From: Candidatus Uhrbacteria bacterium
GTDB lineage: Bacteria; Patescibacteriota; Patescibacteriia; UBA9934; UBA10169
Length of the DNA: 64,000 nt
NCBI GenBank assembly: GCA_016187485.1
Contig: JACPJO010000004.1
Span: forward strand, 56,306-120,305
Direction of reading: 5' to 3'
Positions 1 to 10,300 of this stretch are shown piece after piece. Position 1 is the first letter of the stretch, and every line of letters begins with the position of its first letter. Below the pieces are notes generated by a model, which was given only the letters and a program-made list of their open reading frames with translations, was not told the origin of the DNA and did not search any database. The translations under genes and the position numbers were made by a program.

Positions 1-424
1 GCGTGGTGACGTCAAGGGTCGAGGCCGGACGTTCGGCCGTCGGCTGTTCCGGCACGACGGCCTTGCGCGAACGCAGAACGAGCCCCGCCAAAAGGAAGGC
101 GGCAAGGATAAGAACAGCGATAACAACAACGATCGCGACGATCTTCGTTACAGACCTCCCCCTTCCCCGTGGGACAACCGTCGGAGCCGGGCGAGAAGAC
201 GCGGGAGCGCGTGAAAATTGCTCGTCGGGATCAAGCCCAGCCGGCATGGCTCCTCCCTTCCCCTCAAAAAGCGGCGGATTTGTAGGACGCGGCGGGGCAA
301 CAGGTTCCGGCACAGGAGGTCTTGCTGCGGGGGCACTCACCGGTGCTGGTGGTGCTTCTGCTGCATCCATGCCAGAGAAAATATCCTCGGGCGGCGTGCT
401 GGTGGGTTTTTGGTCATCGAACAT
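1..424 (-). CDS. Hypothetical membrane protein, partial (ATG at about 424, runs off the window start). Pro-rich N-terminus, single TM helix KIVAIVVVIAVLILAAFLLAGLVL
   Basis: My own minus-strand translation gives MFDDQKPTSTPPEDIFSGMDAAEAPPAPVSAP...RSVTKIVAIVVVIAVLILAAFLLAGLVLRSRK... with no stop to position 1. It is absent from the ORF track because it is truncated at the edge. The track's plus-strand ORF 3..644 here has an Arg/Gly-rich composition typical of antisense artefacts. Confidence 0.5.
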   Translation of the reverse strand, partial: MFDDQKPTSTPPEDIFSGMDAAEAPPAPVSAPAARPPVPEPVAPPRPTNPPLFEGKGGAMPAGLDPDEQFSRAPASSRPAPTVVPRGRGRSVTKIVAIVVVIAVLILAAFLLAGLVLRSRKAVVPEQPTAERPASTLDVTT

Positions 425-459
425 ACAAATGTATTATAGCAATTTGCTTTTTGTTTTGC

Positions 460-1350
460 TCACAAGCGCCCCGGGCCATTTGGATTGTACCCGCCCTTTA
501 CCTCTTCCCCGTCGCCATATCCATCCCCATCCGTATCGGGATTTGTGGGGTTCGTGTTGCGCTGACGCTCTTCCCCATCAGAGAGTCCGTCCCCGTCCGT
601 GTCGACCACATCCGGCCGCGTACCAAGAATCTGCTCGTTCTTAAGAGAGAGGCCGTCCCCATCAGCATCGCGCGCCAGGACGTCTTTACGGCACGTCTCG
701 GTTTGACCGGCAGACGAGAGACGATCGCAAAGCGCGACGTCTCCCATCTCGAGCGCCTGAGCAAGAAACGCGGCATCCATACATACCGCCTCGGCAACGC
801 CGTAAGAACGACAAGATCCCTGCTCAACCACGTAACGGAGGAGTTCGCTCTCGCAAGATGCGCGCAGGTTCTCCTCCTCCACTCGCCCGCACCGCGCATA
901 ATCCTTTGCTTCTTTCGCCTGTGTCAAAAAGACATAACTCTCACACACCATGCGCTCGCTCCCCTCAAGGCTTCGGCACACGTCCGGATCTTGTTTCTGG
1001 ATAGCAATATCACGCACACAGGGAAATTGTTCGCCCGCGGGAAGAACAAGGCAGGCTTCCAGCGTTCCACTGGCTACAATTGTGCCCGAAACAAGATTTT
1101 GACGGCAAGCCTCGGGATCGCTCGCGTTCTCACACAAGGCGAGTTCCCCGTTGACGCGCTCGGTGGTGGCCTGCTGTTGCCCTGCACGCTCAAGAGCGGT
1201 AAGCCGTTGATTCGCGCGCCAGCGTACACCAAAGACAGCACCGAGAATCACAAGAAGCACCACAAAAATCCCTACGCCAATCATGACCCAGTTATGCGCG
1301 TCCTCATACCACGGCGGCGTGTAGTTATTGTACGGCAGGGGTTCTTCCAT
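460..1350 (-). CDS. Membrane protein with C-terminal thrombospondin-type-3-like Ca-binding repeats (DTDGDGLSDGEE, DTDGDGYGDGEE). N-terminal TM helix, Cys-rich central region
   Basis: 296-aa ORF. TM helix WVMIGVGIFVVLLVILGAVFGV. DxDxDG acidic repeats at the C-terminus. Its start lies 1 nt downstream of the giant gene's stop, so the two are probably translationally coupled. Confidence 0.6.
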   Translation of the reverse strand: MEEPLPYNNYTPPWYEDAHNWVMIGVGIFVVLLVILGAVFGVRWRANQRLTALERAGQQQATTERVNGELALCENASDPEACRQNLVSGTIVASGTLEACLVLPAGEQFPCVRDIAIQKQDPDVCRSLEGSERMVCESYVFLTQAKEAKDYARCGRVEEENLRASCESELLRYVVEQGSCRSYGVAEAVCMDAAFLAQALEMGDVALCDRLSSAGQTETCRKDVLARDADGDGLSLKNEQILGTRPDVVDTDGDGLSDGEERQRNTNPTNPDTDGDGYGDGEEVKGGYNPNGPGRL

Positions 1351-1351
1351 A

Positions 1352-4300
1352 TTATTGCGGACAGTACTCCAAACGGAGGTCGGAAAGATTCACTGTACCC
1401 GACCCGTTGAAGTTGATGTGGAAAGGAATCTGGAAAGCGCCACTTGCGGGACATTCAAATCCGGGCGGGAACGGGAGAAGGACATCATCGCCTTCGCTTG
1501 CGACACCCCCCGCAAAGCCTGTCGTAGTTTCGTAGTTCAAACTGAGACCCAGAATATTTGCGGTGATGGTGTCTACCACTGCCTGGAAACCATCGGCGTC
1601 TGGAGCGTTATAGGCATATTCCACGCCATCGGCGGGAGGCGCACACTCCGGCGTGCCGTCGCTATTGTTAAGTTCATAGAAGTCCACGCCGCATACATCA
1701 CTCGAAAAATGATTATTGACGGCAATTTCGTCGTCGTTTGAAGTAAAGGCGACCGTATAGATAACCGTATTTTCCAGGGTGTCAAGCGTGTCAGACGCGG
1801 CAGCGGCAGCGAGAAGATCGTCCGATTCCCCATCGGAAACAAGAATCACAATACGCACGTCCGTATCTGGCCGATCGGTAGTGAGAAGTTCGTATGCGCG
1901 GCTAAGCCCGTACGCCGTATGCGTACCCAACCCCGTGCCCGGATTTGCTAGTTGGGAAAGGTTAAGTACAAGTTCACTCTTGCTTGCCGTGAACGAGGCA
2001 TTGGGTAGAGGATTCTCTGCAAGCACATCGGTAGCTGGATTTACTTCATTGAAGATGACAATGCCGCTTGCAAGATTGCCGTTGGGGAACGCGTCATAGA
2101 GTTCGTCTGCCGCATCTACGAGCGCTTCTTTCACAATATCAAGACGGGTTGATTCGTCTGCTTCTGGCGGTGTCCCATCAATCTCGTAGGACATGGAAGT
2201 CGAATAATCAATAAGAAAGATGAGATCTATGTTGGGTGGTTCGACATCATCAAAGCTCACCGAGGCGTACAGCGCCGAACCCACAGTACAGGCCGGGAAG
2301 TAGAGAGTGGCATTATCGGGAGCGCCGGCGGTGGCAGGGTCTTCTGACAAGTAGCTCCTCAAATCCACCGAGGTCGTTCGATTGACGGCCGTCTCGCTTT
2401 GCGCCAGCACAGCTCCTTGTTCGAGTGTGAACGGACATGCAAGCGAGCAGGAAGCATTGCAATCTTGAAGCACGCAGCTTCCAAACGTGTCAGGATTAAA
2501 GATTGGGTCTCCGCATGCCTTGTTATAGTCAAAAGTTTCCGGAGGGGGTTGGGCGCAAGGAAATCCGTTGTACACATATTCCCCATCAACGGCCGTCGCA
2601 GACCCGCCATTACAGGTACCCACAAGCGCCTCGCACGTGTAGTCGAAGGGGCAATCCGCATCCGTCCCACAGACTTCGCCGCGCACTCGTTCGGTGGGGT
2701 TGATTGCTCCCTTGAAGCAGTAAGACGGCACGCTTGCTCCATCGCATACCTCTCCGCCGTTGATAACGCCGTCGCCGCAGTAACCACCCGTGACCGTCTG
2801 GTACGTACATGTGGCAGAGCAATAGTTACAGGTGTCACTGTAGGCGGGATTGCAGGGCACCCCGTTTTGTCCGCCGAGGTCGCATGACTCAACGCCAACG
2901 TTGCGCACGCCGTCGCCGCAGACATTTTGCGTGCAGTTATTCCGACACGCATCCTGTTCGTCCGTATCTCCATCATCGCATTCCTCGATCCCCTCCGGAA
3001 TGCCGTTGCCGCATGATCCCACAGGTGCACAGGCCTGCCAGCCGCCCGGGATCCCCGTCGTTGTAGGCCACCGGCACGCATTGGTATAGGGCGGCAGTCC
3101 AAGTCCGTTACACACACGTGTGCGCGTTTGCGGAAGACCAAGCGTATCAGACGCCGTACTTGCAGGGCAGACTCCCGCCCAGGAAAGTGCGGGGTCGCCG
3201 CAGAGAGAGCCGTCGGCACACTCTGCATTTGTCGTACACGGATCCCCATTGACACAGAGTTTCCCGTTCCACTGCTCGTTTGTGCCATCACACTCTTCCG
3301 CGGCACCGTTTACGGTACCGTCCCCGCACGAAGGAGCAGTCCCGGAACAATCCGCTGCGCATCCATATGCAGGATCTGTCGAGTACAGACCGTTGAGATA
3401 ACTTGCCGACGCCGTGCGGCATTGCGGAGTGGGCGCCAGCAAGTTAAAGGACGCGGCGCTGCCGCAATCACAGGCTTCAGCTCCCCCGATAAGTCCATCC
3501 CCGCAAAAGACCGCACTCGTCCACGTGCAGTTGGTCGCACAGAACCCATATTGACCGTTGAGCGGCCCATCATCACACGTCTCCGAACCTTGAATCACGC
3601 CATCCCCGCAGTAGTTAGGAATACAGGCGGCAGAGGTAGAAGCAGTCTGGAAGGCTTGGCATCCCAGGCCCGACGCGTCCGACGGCCCCACGCACGGCAC
3701 GGCGCGCGTTCCCGATGTGGCCACACAGGAGCCGTTGCTTCCGCAATCACTGGCGGTAGTACAAGGCAGGCCATTAAACGAGAGGTTCACGGCGTTTGCA
3801 CACACATTCGTGGAGCAAGAAACAGATGTTGTCTCTCCTACTTCGCAGATTTCTCCCGATCCAATCAACCCGTCTCCGCAGACATTCGTTGCGGTGAAGG
3901 TCGCTCCATTACAGGTGCGCGCATTTTGGAATCCGCCAAGTACAGGCGTGCTCGCAAACGGAGAGGGAAGATTTGCGTTGCCGACATAATATGTCCCGAG
4001 ATTAGGGAGGGGGGAATCCACATCCACGGGCGAGGCCCACGCGAGCGTCGTCTCGGCAGGAGGAGCCACGCCAAATTCCAAATCGGTCGAAAGCCAGAAC
4101 TCTTCCCCGCCGATACTTCGATAGGTGTACACGTGCGAATCTGCCGGACATATCGCCTGCGCTGCCAGAGCGTTGTAACACGTCTCTGCGTCGTAGCCAT
4201 CCGGACAGCTCACAAATGTGTTGAGCGGATCTGTCGGGACCGCGCGGCCAAGCGCGTTGGCCAATTGCGCCTGCCAGCTTGGCCAGGCAGAAAGGGAGAA

Positions 4301-7300
4301 TGAGGGGATATACGTCCCCGATCCAAGCGTCGGCACCGACGCCACGCATTCCTCGGCGCCTGAACAATCGCTGTCTTCAAAACAGAGTTGATCTTTAGTG
4401 ACACTGCAGTGCCGGTGCGTCTCGCCGTATGATGTAAGGGCCTCGCCAATAGTGCGTACGTCCGTAAGACGCTTGAGATCGCGACGGAGCTTGTCCTTGT
4501 CGGCATCGCAAAGCGCCGGCGAACCTCCCGTTGCCACCGCCGCGCACTCTGCATCCGTTGAGCACGCAACAAGCTCCCCATTCACTTCGATCGGGTCCAT
4601 GTCCCCGCTTGGGAGAGGCGTTGCGCAAACCCGGCCGTTTGTGACGGTCAAAAGCCCTGTCGTCAAGTCACGTGCACCGGCAAATTCCCATGCCCCAAGC
4701 ATAGCTTGATAGATTTGCCTGGTTTCCGCTGACGCCCCTTCGTTGTACGCAATCGCATACATATTGGGATAGAGCGCCGCGCCGGTGTTAGGTGCGGAAA
4801 CGTAGACCGTTCGGCCGTCACGCACACCCTCGAACCCGTCCACCGATTCCGCAGCAGGAGAGCCGACAAATCCTTGACCGGCAAACCACTCGGCGGGAGA
4901 GAGATAGTTGCTGTTGGAGAGCACGCGCACACCGATCGCGTCGTGTATATCCGGATCGTCCACGGCAAAAAGGAACTCCTTAAAAATCCCCGGTGACGCA
5001 ATGTTCTGCGTTTTTTGGACAACCGAGAGAGCCGGTAAGTCGTCACTCGTGCCGCGCTCCCCTGCATCACGGCAATAAAATGCGGAGAAATTCGTGTAGG
5101 GCGCAGTAAGCGTAATGCCCGGCGCTGGGTCTCCCGCATACCAGGCAGAATCTACAAACGGGAAATGTCCCACAGCCGGCCACGGGTTTTCACAAAGGAA
5201 CACGCGCTCCTCTACCGTGCCGCCCACGATTCGCCCAACGGTAGTGGGTGAGAGAACCGTATCTTCCATGATACGCAGTTGCGCCATGACATTCTCAACC
5301 CCATTGATCGCGGGGTTTGCCGTGGAAGCAGTTGCTGTTGTGTTGGCGCTGGTTGAAGCACCGGGAGTCACAACGACAATATTGGGGTCGGCGACACTCG
5401 AATTCCACCCCCATGTGGTAGAGACGGAAGTTCCGCTCCATGCCCACGCATACACTCCCGGCACACTCACGATAGGTTGCGCCAACGGCCCTATAAGTGT
5501 CATCGCCTCCGCCGCAAGTGGATGAGCCGTGTTCGCCTGTGTAAACAGGCCGGGGCTCGCGGAGAGGTCTTCCACCTGCACAAAATCTACGTCGCAAATA
5601 GTATTCCCCGTAGCAAAAATACGGGACCACGATGCCTCAAAGTTGGCAAAGACCGAGGAGTTTCCCACGAGCCCAACGCCCCATCGACTCAATACCCCAT
5701 CAGGATTCGCATCCGTATAGTTCGCATCCGCTTCTACCAAAATGCGGTAGAGCGTCTGTGGTTCAAGGATTTGGTTGTAGAGCACCGACACGCGTGTGAT
5801 GAACTCATCAGGATTCGTCTCGACATCTTCGATGGAGAGATTGGAGGCGACAATGCAGCTCACACTTCCCGCCCACGCGCGTGGCGCCACCACGCGCAAA
5901 ATATTCTGCCACAGACGGGCATACCACGGACGGTCAGAAAAATCCTGCACGATGACGGGCGTCGTATTCGTGGGGCAATCAGAGGCCGTCGTGTAGCGTA
6001 CGTCGGCCGAGTCGTAAGCGCCATTGCCGTTCGTGTCCTCCCCAAAAGCCGTAAGCACAATATGCTTCGTCCCGTTATCTTCCAAAATGCTCTCTTCACC
6101 CATTTGTTGCGTAAAGGCCACACGCACAAGCGCGTTTCGACACACGCCGGCACTCGTGGTGGCAAGCGGAACCGTGGTGCTTTCCTGTACCGCCGGACGA
6201 TCAAAACAGCAGTCACTCACCCCACAGCCAAGCAGGGCCGGCTCGCCGCATGTCGCATCGGTTGTGCAGGAGCACGAAAGACCGATCTCGGCCGTGCCAA
6301 ACGCTGAAGTCTCTGTTGCATCGTCCGAACCCGTTGCGCGAAGCGTCGTACGGACTTCCCCGTCCACGACCGCTTGGGTGGCAACGGCCTCGATTTCAAG
6401 CGTCTGGAGGGGATCGTACGGCCCCACCCCATCATCCGCGCTTGAGGAAATTTCACATTCCTCTCCAAGTTCCGGCAGACCGCCGTTGCCACAGAAGGAT
6501 GGCACCGGATAGAAAACCGACGAGCCTTCGTTCTGGCATTGTGCGGAGCACCCGTCACCACTTGTCGTATTTCCATCATCGCACTCCTCGCCGGCTCCTG
6601 TCGTCACGTTGTACTCTCTCCCGTTGGAACCACAGACACCATTCAAAATTCCCGTGGGGGTTGTGCGCGACCAGACACCCGGACCGAGCGGTTCAGCTAA
6701 ACAATTCGCGCTACACCCGTCCCCACTCGTGATACCTCCGTCGTCACAATCTTCCCCTTCTTCGACGTCACCGTTTCCACAGTGCACGCCAATATCGGCG
6801 CTTGGAGTGGAACCTTCGCGCAAACACTGCGCCGAACACCCATCGCCGCTTATCGTATTGCTGTCTTCACACTCCTCCCCGCCGGAACGGCCGTCCGGTG
6901 TTACTGTGTCGAATTGTGAAATCGTTCCGTCATTACATGTAAGTCCCGCCGCCGTCGAACCTTCGTTAAGACATGTTGCGGAACATCCGTTGCCGTCCAG
7001 GTTGCCGTTGTCGTCACATTCTTCGCGCCCTTCCCGGATACCATTGCCACAACACAACAGATCGGTTGCGGGGTTTGCACATGCGGTCACCCCGACGGTT
7101 TGACACGTGGGAGAACACCCAATGGGGTCAAGCGCGACATCACAATCTTCGTAGAAAGGATTGACGATGCCATCTCCGCAGACCGCCGCATACGAAATCG
7201 TCCCCGTACGCAAACACTGTGCACTGCACGAGAGAGCACGATCGGTGTCAGTGTCAAGAGTGGCCGTGAGCGTGCCGTCGGGAAGGTATGTCGCTACCGA

Positions 7301-10300
7301 GATCTGCGTATTCGTGGCAGAGTTCGTCACTTGATTCACCAGCCAATCCCATGCGTAAGCAAGCGGATTCAATACTTGGCCGGCCACGGCACAGCTGTCC
7401 GGTCGCCCCGTCACTGACGCGGAGAAACTTGCGCGGTCCCCCACGGCTTCAAGAATCACCTCAAGGGGGGAGAGAGCAACGTTCCCAATCCCGCAGGGGG
7501 CCGCATTATCCCGCGTGCGGAAAACCCACGAATAATAATTCCCGTAGTTGAGCGGTATAACCGGTGTGCCGTCCGGATTCGTAACCCCCCAGAGGGGAAT
7601 TCCCGGCACGGTAGGACTTTGCGGCTCCGATGTAATCCCCCCCCAGATCATCACACGATAATACATCGAGGGAGAAAGATCCCCGGCAAGTGTAAGTGCA
7701 ACGCCGTCTTCGACGTCCAATGGATCGTTTACAAAAGAGAGCGCTGTGGGGACAGGAGAGGTCGGATTGAAGGTTGCACAGAACTCATCCTCACAGGCAA
7801 AAACGCGCACATTTGGTTCAAGCACGTTTACCGCATTAACGTGACTCCCCGTAAGCCCCGTCGTTCCTGTTGCTTGCATGGCCGTGTTAAAAACGGCACC
7901 CACTTCTGCGTTCACACAGGCTGTCGTGCACTGTGGGTACGCGAGAGATACGGCGGGGTCGGTGAAATTCACGATCAATTCTTCCGTGTCAGAGATGCTG
8001 TAGCCAATGGGCGTGGCCGTGACAAGTGCCGGCTGTCCCGCATTGGTTTCCTCTTCAGGCACCACAAAGATAGGCTGGAGATTTTCAAAGGCCTGCGCGG
8101 CATTCCCCAAAAACAGGAGCGCATCGTTGATGTCCCCTTCAAGAGGACCGTACTGCGGATCTGCCGTCACGGGATCTGCGGCCTCCTCTGCAGCATCAAG
8201 CGCCGAAGAGAGCGTATCACCGGCAAGCAGCACAGGATTGAGCAGCGAGAAGACCGTGACGGTCTCTGCTGCGAGAGCCGTGTTCGTGCTTGTGAGCGTC
8301 GCAGCTGTTGGCCCTACCAGAGCATGCGCTTCAGGGAGGATCGTTTGCAGCGCCAGGAGAGCATCGGCAAGATCTGCAAGGTTGGTCGGAACCTCATCAA
8401 GAAGAGTTGTTGCCGGCGTGGCCGATTCCGGATCCCCAAGTGTTACCGTGTAGGGCGGATCCACATCAAAGTGGATGTTCTTTCCCTGCCGGTCGAGTTC
8501 CCACGCAAAGGCGTAATCATCAGGGTTGATAAGCACACACGCCCCCGTTGCAGGCAGAGCAACATACGGAATCGTCTCGTCGCTCGTCGCCGTATAATCT
8601 GGCGGACTTACGAGCACCTCTTCTACTTCGCAGGGAGTGGTGCTGGAGCGCGTCTTGAATCGATATGCATACGCCTGTGCCAGAGGAACACCACGGTTGT
8701 TTTTAATACCTGTGGTCGCCGTCGCGCGATACCAGGTATCGGGAAGCAGAGCCGTCGCAGGCGAGAAGATCAGGGAGAGATTCGTCGAGAGCAGAAAGTC
8801 TCCGGCAAGATGTCCTGTGGCAACCGTCTCGCAAGGATCCACTCCCGTCCCCGTACACCGATCTACGTAGAATGAGCCGTTGGTAAACGTAGAGATGTCC
8901 ATGCCGCTCGCGGGAAGGCCGGGAGTGAAGGAAACAGAGACCACCGCATTTGTACAGACGGCATCCCCATCGCTCCACAGTGTTGAGGGCGTGGGGGAAA
9001 TAAATGAGGTATCACACTGCGTACGGATTGTCGGATAGTTCGGGATGGGGCCGGTCGAGAAATGATACACGTACTGGGCGTTCACACTTGGCTCCCCGCA
9101 GGCGGCGGGCGTTGCCGCGCAACTGCCGTTCGAGCAACAAATTTGCGATGCCGTACACAACGAGGGCGTCTCTTGGCAATTCCCTACCGCAAAGAGAAGC
9201 TCATTTGATGGTGCGCCAAGAACCGTCACAGAAACCGGACCTGAAATGGCGCCCGTCGGTACAGGAGCGCTGACGTTCTCCGAAGAAGTGAAGCCAACCG
9301 GGCTTGCGGCTACCCCATCGTGGAAGGTGACACTCACTTCCGACGCGCTTGCGCCAAGATTGCTTCCGTAAATATTCACCGCTGTCCCCACAGGCCCCGC
9401 CACAGGCGCAAGCGCGCAAACGCCGGGTGTTGCAGGCGCCGAGACAACCGTGAAATCCTCCGCGTTACTTTGCGGACTCGTAGGGTAATCCGCACGGCGC
9501 ACAAAAATAGATTTGGGATTGGATTCCTCCGACGTGGTCATACTGGCTGGCACTTGCGCCACAATCGCCGAGTCCGTCCACCATGCATTCTGGCACGCAG
9601 CGGGAAAGTCCGGTTCAAACACCACATCGCCAAGCAAAGGGTCCTGAAAGACAACCACCCCTTCGGTAGATCCAAATCGTTGGCCTAAAATAGTCACGTA
9701 TTGCCCCACGCCACCTTCGGTCGGATGCGCAACACATTGTCCGGTTCCACACTGCGTATCGGACACACAAAGCTGCCCCGCATGTACGATATCGTTTTCA
9801 CACAAGGACCGGCCGGATGTCACTTCGCTGATGAACGGCGCACTGGAGGCATCTTCCGGTGAGAGAACACTGAAGTCAATCGTGTTAGACCCCTCATCAT
9901 TCACGAACACTTGGAGATCGTAGTCGCCCGGAGTACTCGGCGGAACAAGCAAGCTGATAAGCGCATCAAGCCACGTATCCACAGCGGGAAAGAATGACGC
10001 GCGATATACCGACGGACCGCTCAAGTAAAACGCCCCGACCGTCGGATCCTCCCCAAAATTATTTCCCACCACCGAGATGCGCGTAGCGGGCAGGCCGTTG
10101 CCCGGCGTTACCGCACAGAGCCCAGGACGGCGCACGTCATTCACATCAAAGTCTTGGATAAGCGGGCCGAAATCGTCATCCGTTCGGTCGGTAATTCCTG
10201 GCGTCGTGGCCGTCTCTGCTTTTACCACGCCGATCGCCCCATCTGCTGCCTCGGCAGGTACCGCCACAACTACCTGCGTGTTGTTCCAGCTCGGCGCCGG

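Noticed and set aside
3-644. Plus-strand 213-aa ORF at the window start
   Set aside because: Its Arg/Gly/Ala-rich composition is typical of antisense frames in GC-rich DNA. The minus strand carries a coherent membrane-protein ORF (my own translation) and the Ca-repeat protein.
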